Positions 53,156-64,000 of a stretch of DNA of 64,000 nucleotides are shown in pieces. Under the pieces are notes generated by a model. The model was given only the letters and a program-made list of their open reading frames with translations. It ran no database searches and was not told the origin of the DNA. How positions within the stretch are numbered: position 1 is the stretch's first letter; each line of letters begins with the position of its first letter. Origin of the DNA: Lingula anatina (Eukaryota > Animalia > Brachiopoda). The translations under genes and the position numbers were made by a program. Location of the stretch: assembly GCA_051362555.1 (NCBI GenBank), contig CM120644.1, positions 1,434,954 through 1,498,953 on the forward strand. The letters run 5' to 3'.

Positions 53156-56100
53156 ATGGGTTCAATTTTAAGCCGATTATGCCACCAAAGGCAATATGAA
53201 CACCAGGACCAATATGGAGACCAGGAAAAACTAGATATCCTCAATAAATTGGATGAAGATCCCAGTTACCAAGGACCAGGCACAGACCAGGTAGAAACAT
53301 GGACAGAACTTAACCTTAGAGGACTAGCATGCAGACTACCAAATAGCTTACTACGTTGTACGAAACTTACGACACTTAATGTTTCCAAAAACCATCTAAT
53401 GGGGGAAGAACAAATTATCACAATCTTTAATCTGGAGACACTTGAAGAGCTAAACATGTCAAATTGCAGAATTTCTTCAATTCCTCTGGATATAACCGAG
53501 CCCAAACATTTGAGAAAGCTTAACTTATCAGGAAACCATCTGACAGAGATACCACTACCAGTATGTAGCCTCCTGCAGTTGGGAGAACTCAATCTAAAGA
53601 ACAACAAAATAACTACCGTCAGCCCACATTTAAAAAGACTGTGCAACTTGAAAAAGCTAGACATCTCCAGAAATCCTTTAGAAGAATTCCCATTTACAAT
53701 ATTAGAGATGAAAACATTGGAAAATCTTAATTTGGCGAGTGCCAATGTTACTACAATCCCACAACAGATAAACCAGTTTACAGACATTAGTGAAATAGAC
53801 CTGTCTAATAACCAGTTAGAGGAATTTCCACTGTCACTGTTGGAGCTGGAAACACTCAAGGCGGTAAAGCTCTCTAACGCCAATATAACCACAGTGCCAC
53901 CTAAGATAACCAAACTTAAGAATCTGAGGGAATTGAACATTTCTTGGAACCGGTTGGGAGAATTTCCAACGTCGATATGTAAGCTGCTGACCCTGGAGAC
54001 CCTTGACCTCTCCAATAGCAACATCACTACCGTGCACCCTGGGATAAAACAACTTGAGAATTTAAAGGAATTGAACCTATCTTTGAACCAGTTGAAAGTA
54101 TTTCCAATGTCAGTGTGTAGGCTGGTAGCACTGGAGACCCTTGACCTCTCAAGAGCTAACTTCACGTCAGTGCCACCTCTGATAGCACAACTAAAGAATC
54201 TGAAGGAATTGAACCTTTGCGGAAACCAGTTGAAAGAATTTCCAATGTCAATTTGTAAGCTGGTGACACTAGAGACCCTTGACCTCTTAAATAACAGCAT
54301 CACTTCAGTGCCAACTCAGATAGCACAACTTAAGAATCTGAAGAAATTGATCCTGGGTGGGAACCAGTTGAAAGAATTTCCAATGTCAGTGTGTAAGCTG
54401 GTAGAACTGGAGACCCTTAACCTCTGGAGCAACAGCATCACTACAGTTCCGCCTCAGATAACACAACTTAAGAATCTGAAGGAATTGATCCTGTGTGGGA
54501 ACCATTTGAAAGAATTTCCAATGCCATTGTGTAAGCTGGTGAAACTAGAGACCCTTAACCTCCGGAGCAACAGCTTCACTACAGTGCCTCCTCAGATAAC
54601 ACAACTTAAGAATCTGAAGAAGTTGCACCTGTCTGCGAATCAGTTTACAGAATTCCCAATGTCAGTGTGTCAGCTGCTGACACTGGAGACCTTTGACCTC
54701 TCTCAAAGTAACATCACTGCAGTGCCGCCTCAGATAACACAACTTAAGAATCTGAAGGAATTGGACCTGTCTGGGAACCAGTTCAAAGACTTACCAATGC
54801 CAATCTGTGAGCTGGTGACACTGGAGACCCTTAACTTCTCTCAAAGTAACATCACTACAGTGCCACCTCTGATAACACAACTAAAGAATCTGAAGGAATT
54901 GATCCTGTGTGGGAACCAGTTGAAAGAATTCCCAATCTCAGTGTGTGAGTTGGTGACACTGGAGACCATTGACCTAACTCAAAGTAATATCACTACAGTG
55001 CCACCTCAGATAACACAACTTAAGAATCTGAAGAAATTGTACCTGTCTAAGAACCAGTTTAAAGAATTTCCAATGTCAGTGTGTAACCTGGTGACATTGG
55101 AGACCCTTGACCTCTCTCAAAGTAACATCACTACAGTGCCACCTCTGATAACACAACTAAAGAATCTGAAGGAATTGAACCTTTCTTGGAACCAGTTGAA
55201 AGAATTTCCAATGTCAGTGTGTGAGCTGGTGACACTGGAGACCCTTAACCTGCGGAGAATCAGCATCACTACAGTGCTGCCTCAGATTACTCAACTTAAG
55301 AATCTGAAGGAATTGGACCTTTCTTGGAACCAGTTGAAAGAATTTCCAATGTCAGTGTGTAAGCTGGTGAGACTGGAGACCCTTAAACTCGGGAGCAACA
55401 GCATCACTACAGTTCCGCCTCAGATAACACAACTTAAGAATCTGAAGGAATTGATCCTGTGTGAGAACCATTTGAAAGAATTTCCAATGTCATTGTGTAA
55501 GCTGGTGAAACTAGAGACCCTTAACCTCCGGAGCAACAGTATCACTACAGTGCCGCATCAGATAACACAACTTAAGAATCTGAAGAAGTTGCACCTGTCT
55601 GCGAATCAGTTTACAGAATTCCCAGTGTCAGTGTGTGACCTGTTGACATTGGAGACCCTTGACGTCTCTCAAAATGAAATCACTACAGTGCCACCTCAGA
55701 CAAAACAACTTAAAAATCTGAAGGTATTGGACCTGTCTGGGAACCGGTTGAAAGAATTGCCATTGTCAGTGTGTGAGCTGGTGACACTGGTGACCCTTAA
55801 CCTCGGGAGCAACAGCATCACTTCAGTGCCGCCTCAGATAACACAACTTAAGAATCTGAAGAAACTGGACCTGTCTGGGAACCGGTTGAAAGAATTGCCA
55901 TTGTCAGTGTGTGAGCTGGTGACACTGGAGACCCTTAACCTCTGGAGAATCAGCATCACTACAGTGCCACCTCAGATAACACAACTTAAGAATCTGAAAA
56001 AATTAATCCTGCGTGGAAACCAGTTGAAAGAATTTCCAATGTCAATGTGTAAGCTGGTGACCCTGGAGACCCTTGACCTCTCTGAAAGTTACTTCAGAAC

Positions 56101-58080
56101 AGTGCCACCTCAGATAACACAACTAAACAATATGAAGGAATTGAACCTGACTGGGAACCAGTTGAAAGATTTTCCAATGTCAGTGTGTGAGCTGGTGACA
56201 CTGGAGACCCTTGAACTCTCTCAATGTAACATCACTACAGTGCCACCTCAGATAACACAACTAAAAAATCTGACGGAATTGAACCTGACTGGGAACTATT
56301 TGAAAGAATTTCCAATGTCCGTGTGTGAGCTGGTGACACTGGAGACCCTTGAACTCTCTCAGAGTAACATCACTACAGTGCCACATCAGATAACACAACT
56401 AAAGAATCTGAAGAAATTGGACCTTTCATGGAACCAGTTCAAAGAATTTCCAATGTCAGTGTGCGAGCTGGTGACACTGGAAACCCTTGACCTTTGGAGA
56501 ATCAGCATCACTACACTGCCACCTCAGATAACACAACTTAAGAATCTAAAGAAATTAATCCTGCGTGGAAACCAGTTGAAAGAATTTCCAATGCCAGTGT
56601 GTAAGCTGGTAGAACTGGAGACCCTTAACCTCCGGAGCAACAGCATCACTACAGTGCCGCCTCAGATAACACAACTTAAGAATCTGACGGAATTGATCCT
56701 GTCTGGGAACCATTTGAAAGAATTTCCAATGTCAGTGTGTAAGCTGGTAGAACTGGAGAAACTTAACCTCCAGAGCAACAGCATCACTACAGTGCCGCCT
56801 CAGATAACACAACTTAAGAATCTGAAGAAGTTGCACCTGTCTTCGAATCAGTTGACAGAATTTCCAATGTCAGTGTGTAAGCTGGAGACACTGGTGACCC
56901 TTGATCTCCAAAGCAACAGCATCACTACAATGCCACCTCAGATAACACAACTTAAGAATCTGAAGGAATTGATCCTGTATGGGAACCAGTTGAAAGAATT
57001 TCCAATGCCAGTGTGTAAGCTGGTAGAACTGGAGACCCTTAACCTCCGGAGCAACAGCATCACTACAGTGCCGCCTCAGATAACACAACTTAAGAATCTG
57101 ACGGAATTGATCCTGTCTGGGAACCATTTGAAAGAATTTCCAATGTCAGTGTGTAAGCTGGTAGAACTGGAAAAACTTAACCTCCAGAGCAACAGCATCA
57201 CTACAGTGCCGCCTCAGATAACACAACTTAAGAATCTGAAGAAGTTGCACCTGTCTTCGAATCAGTTGACAGAATTTCCAATGTCAGTGTGTAAGCTGGA
57301 GACACTGGTGACCCTTGATCTCCAAAGCAACAGCATCACTACAATGCCACCTCAGATAACACAACTTAAGAATCTGAAGGAATTGGACCTGTCTGACAAC
57401 CAGTTGAAAGAATTCCCACTTCCATTGTGTGAGCTGGTGAACATGGAGATCCTCAAACTTGAGTACAATAGAATCAGCCAAGTCCCACCAGGGATTAAAC
57501 AACTACAAATGCTCACATATTGTTATTTGGGTCACAATAAATTGGACCAGCTTCCCCCTGATGTACGTCTCCTGTCTAAACTCAAGAAATTTGGTTTGGA
57601 AAAAAACGAACTAAAACAGCCACCACAGGAAGTAGCAGACAGAGGGGCGGAGGCTATTCAGCGGTATTTTGATGATTTAGTCAAAACCAAGGCAACATCA
57701 TCGTTTAGACTACAAGTACAAGTTATTGGTGAGACATGTGCAGGGAAGACGAGTTTGGTGAAAACCTTGACATCTGGTAGGCCTTTCTTGACGACAAAGG
57801 CAGACAGAACCCACGTCATGGAGCAGATCACGTGGTCACCAAAGGAGGATGTTTTTCTCAGCATCAATGATTTTGGGGGGCATGAAGTTTATAAAGTTGC
57901 ACATAACTTCTTCGTCACCAAAGAAGCAATCACACTGATAGTGTTCAACCTTCAGGCAGGGTCTTGTAAATACAAAGAAGCAGTCGGAAGCTGGATAGCT
58001 AACGTTTACAGCAGGGCACCAGATTCAGCTATACTTCTTGTGGGTACACATGCTGATTGCCTAAACATAGAAGAAGTAGC
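53156..58080 (+). CDS. MFHAS1-like ROCO protein, 5' part: ~60 LRRs plus N-terminal part of the ROC GTPase
   Basis: 1675-aa ORF of 23-aa LRRs, then PPQEVADRGAEAIQRYF cap, P-loop GETCAGKTS (57728-57754), G3 DFGG and G4 GTHAD. The last ~34 codons of the listed ORF are transposon read-through. Confidence 0.92.
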
Positions 58081-60342
58081 TGTAGAGCCGCATTTTGCAA
58101 CCGACCGCATTTTGCAACCGGTTGCAAAATGCGTTCAGTTGCAAAATGCGGTCCTACTAAGTAGAGCCGCATTTTGCAACTGAACGCATTTTGCAACTGC
58201 AACGCATTTTGCAACCAAAGAAAATCGTGAAAACGCATTTTGCAACTGCAACGCATTTTGCAACCAGGATTTTTTTCTTAGTCCCTGAAACAGCTTGAAG
58301 TACGAGACAGGTAGGCTACGGGTAGAATTGGAGTGGGGACGGGTTTGCTTCGACTAAGCACTGTATGCTAAAACTGGCCAGGCTGCCCCTGGGGTGGACG
58401 ATAATATAAAACTTATTTCACATTGCAATTTCCTAAACCATTAGAGTTAGGAGGTTGAAACGTCAGGGAGTAAAAAAGATATTGTTAGGCATGCACATAG
58501 GGGTGTGGCCGTCCCAAGGGGTGGTTGATTGTAATTTTACATCTTTAGAATTAGGAAATAAAAGCGTTGGGGATTAATACCATCGTAAGTAATGTGCGTA
58601 GGCACTCCAGATTTTTTGTGACTTGGGGTGTAGTTGTCCCTGGGGGTGGTTGAGATCGTTAGAGATGTGCTTGGGCACAACGGAATTTTTTGGTCACTTG
58701 GAGAGTGCCCGTCCCTTGGGATAGTTACTTGACTGTAATATTTTCACCGTAATTTCTTTCATCTCCTTCTCGTCCGTTCGAGTTAGGAGCACGAGTCTTT
58801 GGTGCATGGGTACAGGGGAATTTTAGAGTGACTTTGGGTGTGACTGTCCCTCAGGGGATGGGGTGATTGGTGGTATGTCAGACAATTAAGCTGATTCCAC
58901 TGATTGCACTTAAGTGAGATCCCCTGCAGAGTTGGACCGACGCAGCTAGTAGGATGTGTGAATCTGAAAGCTGTCTTCGAGTTAAGAAGGAAGGGGAATG
59001 CAAAGAACGCAGCAGACGGCACTTAATAACAGACCTTCAGCGGTATGCTTGAATATAGGTCAAGTTAATTAAAAACACATGCAAGACCCCATACTTTCAG
59101 GCATAGTCTCTGTAGAGCAACACACATGCTAATTACTATTTATGATTAATTAACATATTTGTTTTGTATTAAGACACAACGGCTAGTTGAACGCCAGGAT
59201 TCCTGAGTGTGTAGGGCCTTATGGTTGGCATGGGTCAAAAGGACAGCTTTAACTGGATTCCTTGACCTATATTCATGCCTACGACTGTAAGTCCGTTTAG
59301 TGCTATGTGCGCCGCTGCTGTTCTCTAAATTCCTCAAAGACCCATGTACATTCATTATCAATCCCCAACATTTCATGTTCCTAACTCTAAGGGTAGATAG
59401 TAGAAGTAACGGTGCAAAAAAATAGAATCAACCACCCCCAGGGACGGCCACACCCATCAATACCCCAGAGGGATCCATATCCCTAAAGACATGTTTTCAA
59501 TTCCCATAGCCTTCCGTTCCTAACTTATATGGTCTAAAGGTAGATGGCAGAAATTACAACGTCTAATTATTTTCAACCACCCCGAGGACCACACCCTAAG
59601 TCAAAAAAATTACATGCCATTCAACATCCCAAATTATACTGTAGCTACGTTTCATGCTTTAACTCAAATGGCCGATACATGGGCAGATAGCAGATAATAC
59701 GTTGTAAAATTAGAATCAACCACCCCAGGGACAACCACACCCATGTCACAATAAATTTCCGAAGTGCCCGTGCACATTTCTTACGATAGTGTATTAATCC
59801 CCAACGTTTTTATTTCCTAATTCTGAAGATATAAGGGTAGATATGAGAAAAATACGAAGTAAAAAAGTTCAATCAACCACCCCTAGGGACGGCCACACCC
59901 CCAATTTAAAAAAAAAACAAAAACAAAAACAAAAAATCCGAAATTCCATGCACATGCCTAACAAAATGTTTATTAACGTTTAGAGTTCCTAACTCTAATA
60001 GTCTACGAAATTACAATGTGCAATAAGTTTTATATTTTCGTCCACCCCAGGGGCAGCCTGGCCAGTTTCAGCATACATAGTCGAAGCAAACCCGTCCTCA
60101 CTCCAATTCTACCTGTCTCGTACTTCAAGCTGTTTCAGGGACTTAGAAAAAAATCCTGGTTGCAAAATGCGTTGCGGTTGCAAAATGCGTTTTCACGATT
60201 TTCTTTGGTTGCAAAATGCATTGCAGTTGCAAAATGCGTTCAGTTGCAAAATGCGGCTCTACTTACTAGGACCGCTTTTTGCAACTGAACGCATTTTGCA
60301 ACCGGTTGCAAAATGCGGTCGGTTGCAAAATGCGGCTCTACA
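58081..60342. mobile_element. 2262-bp non-autonomous DNA transposon with TGT..ACA ends and long TIRs, inserted in the ROC domain
   Basis: tgtagagccgcattttgcaacc / ggttgcaaaatgcggctctaca; ~350-bp near-perfect inverted arms; subterminal accaccc..gggacggccacaccc repeats; flanks tagc/taga; no transposase ORF. Confidence 0.92.
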
Positions 60343-60346
60343 TAGA

Positions 60347-61698
60347 CACAATTACGCGGGAGCTTTTATCTGCCGTAAGTTCCCACTTAAGTGATATGGC
60401 ATCCGATTTTAGAACAAGACTTGAGAAATTAGAAAAGAGAAACAAAAGCAAAGAATCAGGTCGAGAGGCATACAAAGACAAGGTGGCTCGAATTAAGAGT
60501 CTAATTCAGACACCACCACGTGTTGCCAAACATGTATTTGTCATCAGTTCGAAAACTACCAGTGGAATAGCTGAGCTTGAGGAAACACTTATAAGAAAAG
60601 CGAGAGAAAAGAATTACATATTGCCAGAGTCTTGGCTGCAGAAGGTGGAGCACATAGAGACAGCAAAGAACATTGAACAAGATCCTTACCTAACACTGGA
60701 TTCTCTTACCAACATGGCAGAGTTGATACCATCGCAAATGCAGGAAAGTGATGATGTTCAAAGAATTGAAGACGTGCTGAGTTTCTTGTATGCCACAGGT
60801 GCTGTTCTTTGGTTCAGAGATAAGCCATTGTTAAAGACCTTCATATTCCACAGACAAGATGTTTTCATTGATATCTTGAAGGTAGTTCTTCGTCATGATA
60901 TTGATTCCATACTTAAATATGATACCGACCCTTTCAACAAAGAGTTCACCAAGGCGAAATTTGACTATGCCAAGAAGGATGTGCTGCAAAGAGGTATCAT
61001 CAGTAGAACCATGTTGGAATGTTTGTGGCGGAGATTCAACTTGGGAAAACAGGGTTATGACGCCATGTTAGAGTTGCTTGAAAATTTCGAGGTTTGTTAC
61101 GTTGTAAAAGAAGCTGATGAAGATAGGTACCATTTCCCATGGCTTTTAAAAGACGCTCAACCTGAAGACATGTATTCCAGTTGGCCCATTGTTCCATCCA
61201 GAGATGAGTCACATATTTCCACTGAAGTTCATTTTCCAGTCACTTGTCCCACTGGACTGTATGAAATGGCGGCGGTGCATCTCCATGGCTACTTGGGGCA
61301 GTTCAAGGCATCAAGACGAGACTGGAAAGATGGTTTCTATGCAAAGCTTGACAACCAGTGTCATCTTTGTTTGGAAAGAAAGGTTTCTGATGCATCACCC
61401 AATGGAGTTATTCGACTTTCCATACGTGGAGATGATCCCATCCAAGTGAAGAAACACAGCCTGACGATATTTGAAGATCTTCTATCCCTGACAGAAAAAG
61501 AATGTCCCGGATCTCCTTGGGATGAATTCCTGGTGTGTCCACACTGTGTGCACGAAGACAACAATCCACCGACGCTGTTTGACACCCCTCTATATCTCCT
61601 GAGTGTTCCCCTTGAGGCACCAGTTCCTTACCACCCGTGTCCAGAGGAAGAACCAGAGTTTATGGCTTCTGCAGACTTCTACTATCCGGTGACTGCCG
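60347..61698 (+). CDS. ROCO protein, continuation: ROC C-terminus (VISSKT), COR domain and CPHC motif
   Basis: In frame with the 5' part after removing the element plus 4 bp (LNIEEV[A/D]TITRELL); LPESW, LSFLYATGAVLWF and YHFPWLL COR-type motifs; phase-1 donor g|gtaaat at 61698/61699. Confidence 0.85.
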
Positions 61699-61969
61699 GT
61701 AAATATGACATGTTACTATTCTGTGTGCTTTATTTTTTGTTATGTTTTAACCCGTATGAATTTTGTATTCTTTGATCTTTCATATGTTTTTGTATTCAAA
61801 AACATATGAAAACATTTATATCAGTGTGGTAGCACTACTAAATGGCAATATTCTATGTATTTAATATGTATTTAACGTAGCAACTTTTTACACAGAGCTA
61901 TTTTTATCATTTTGTTTGAATATAAAATATGATAATGGGCTTAATTATTCGGTTTTTTCTGTTTTGAAG

Positions 61970-62237
61970 GAGAAATGACAGCTTTGCACTGCGTGTCCCT
62001 AGAAAAACATGCTCCCCTGATTTTGAAGAACATCCGCAGGTTTGGCTGCCTTCTTAAGATACTCAGTCGACTCCACAGAGGTGGGATTTTTACAGAGGAA
62101 GAAATCACAGCAATCCAGGAACCGGATCAAGGGAACAGACTTCAGAGTTACCTGAAGGGAAAAAACGATTTTGCTTTCTACCAGTTCTGTGGTGCTCTCC
62201 ATGATAACGGGCATGCGCAGACAGCTCGGCTTCTGAG
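61970..62237 (+). CDS. ROCO exon encoding CARD-like death-fold domain 1
   Basis: Phase-1 acceptor ttttgaag|ga; LEKHAPLILKNI...ILSRLHRGGIFTEEEITAI...LQSYLKGKNDFAFYQFCGALHDNGHAQTARLL; GC donor ag|gcaagt. Confidence 0.75.
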
Positions 62238-62395
62238 GCAAGTCTGCAAAATGAACTTCATCAAGCTTTTAAAATTGAATTACAGTTCACAAAATGTTAC
62301 TGGTGTTAACTGACACCCGCTGCATTTATATCATTAACATTTGGCTTATAGTTGTACACGGGGTGTTGATATTTTCTTATTTAATTTTGAATTAG

Positions 62396-62636
62396 GTTGC
62401 CCGACTTGGCCATGGAGCTTCCAGAAGATGCACTCAGTGGGATATTGCATAGGCTTGTGGAGCAAAATGTGATAACACACCAGAACATGAAACACGTGTG
62501 GCGGGAACCGATGAAGATGCAGAAAGTATCGACACTGCTGAGGAAATTACGGGAGGGCAAGCGTGACTACGAGGCAGAACGTGGCTTCAAGGAATTAAGG
62601 GCCGCCATATATGACGAGGAAAGCAAATGGAAGTAA
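62396..62636 (+). CDS. ROCO terminal coding exon, CARD-like domain 2
   Basis: Phase-2 acceptor aattag|g; ILHRLVEQNVITHQNMKHVW...KVSTLLRKLREG...FKELRAAI; stop TAA. Confidence 0.65.
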
Positions 62637-62889
62637 TTATGTAAATGTAAATTTGACGCATTTATATCAATGTACATGCAGATATCCCACAAACGAAGAC
62701 CACCCCACTCATGAACAACTGCCGCGTATATGTTGTACAATGTCATACATGTATATATTGTACAATGTTTTAACTGTATATATTATTGTACTATGCTGCA
62801 GTATAAAGAGATGACTGTTTTTGCTATAGGCCCTGTAAAGGTTTCTAGAAGAATAGAATGATCACAAACGCGCGCAACTTTTTACATAT

Positions 62890-62958
<69 letters not shown>

Positions 62959-63017
62959 ATTATTAGAATCATATTGTATGTTGTATTTTGTATATCGCAT
63001 TTTATCCTGTTTCATAG

Positions 63018-63091
63018 GTGAGCTGCTGTCTTCGCCAAAGTCTCACGGACATGACATCACAGTCAACTACGGCGCCAACATAACACTACAG
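63018..63091 (+). other. Isolated exon-like segment (GELLSSPKSHGHDITVNYGANITLQ)
   Basis: Acceptor cctgtttcatag|, donor cag|gtagac, GC-richer open frame in AT-rich flanks; parent gene unknown. Confidence 0.4.
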
Positions 63092-64000
63092 GTAGACTGA
63101 AATTCACTGTATATGATATGTTTATATCTGTAGACATAACAGAATTGATATACAGGTAAACTGAAGTTCACTGTATATAATATGTTTATATCTGTAGACA
63201 TAACAGAATGGACAGGTAAACTGAAGTTCACTGTATATAATATGTATATATCTGTAGACATAACAGAATTGATATACAGGTAAACTGAAGTTCACTGTAT
63301 ATAATATGTTTATATCTGTAGACATAACAGAATTGACAGGTAAACTGAAGTTCACTGTATATAATATGTATATATCTGTAGACATAACAGAATTGATATA
63401 CAGGTAAACTGAAGTTCACTGTATATAATATGTATATATCTGTAGACATAACAGAATTGATGCTACAGGTAGACTGAAATTTACTGTATATAATATGTAT
63501 ACATGATATCTGTAGACATAAGACAAATATTGCAGCTACAGGTAAACTGAAGTTCACTGTATATAATATGTATATATCTGTAGACATAACAGAATTGATA
63601 CTACAGGTAGACTGCAATTTACTGTATATAATATGTATATATCTGTAGACATAACAGAATTGATACTACAGGTAAACTGAAGTTCACTGTATATAATATG
63701 TATACATGATATCTGTAGACATAAGACAAATATTGCAGCTACAGGTAAACTGAAGTTCACTGTATATAATATGTATATATCTGTAGACATAACAGAATTG
63801 ATACTACAGGTAAACTGAAGTTTACTGTATATAATATGTATATATCTGTAGACATAACAGAATTGATACTACAGGTAGACTGACATTCACTGTATATAAT
63901 ATGTATATATCTGTAGACATAACAGAATTGATACTACAGGTAAACTGAAGTTCACTGTATATAATATGTATATATCTGTAGACATAACAGAATTGATACT
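63085..64000. repeat. ~65-bp tandem repeat running off the window end
   Basis: Unit ctacaggtaaactgaagttcactgtatataatatgtatatatctgtagacataacagaattgata with indel variants. Confidence 0.95.

Noticed and set aside
53266-54303. 345-aa antisense ORF and other antisense ORFs over the LRR exon
   Set aside because: Shadow ORFs caused by the codon bias of the repetitive sense strand; no recognisable features.
58075-60345. The ROC insertion as a precisely spliced Introner-type intron
   Set aside because: The GT donors at the left end (gaa|gtagct, gct|gtagag) are phase 0, but the obvious acceptor (ctacatag|ac) needs phase 1, so the frame is not restored. Only transcript data could revive the idea.

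Overview
AT-rich, intron-containing animal genomic DNA, probably a marine invertebrate; the taxon cannot be determined from this window. There is no prokaryotic gene content, RNA gene or CRISPR array. (1) 1-30.6 kb is a ~11-kb-period tandem segmental duplication carrying five copies of a small 3-exon gene family, none of which the ORF track assembles. The family encodes secreted Gly/Tyr-rich peptides of 75-83 aa. Copies A1 (+), B1 (-) and B2 (-) are intact; A2 and A3 (+) are pseudogenes sharing a nonsense codon. (2) 30.6-53 kb is mostly decayed LINEs and non-autonomous DNA transposons, with a housekeeping-like promoter/first exon at ~30.7 kb. (3) 53.1-62.6 kb is a giant MFHAS1-like ROCO gene: N-terminal myristoylation motif, about 60 LRRs in one exon with hypervariable surface positions, ROC GTPase, COR and two CARD-like exons. 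Its ROC domain is split by a 2.26-kb TG..CA element with long inverted repeats; removing it restores the frame. Coordinates, splice models and family assignments were read by eye and need computational confirmation.
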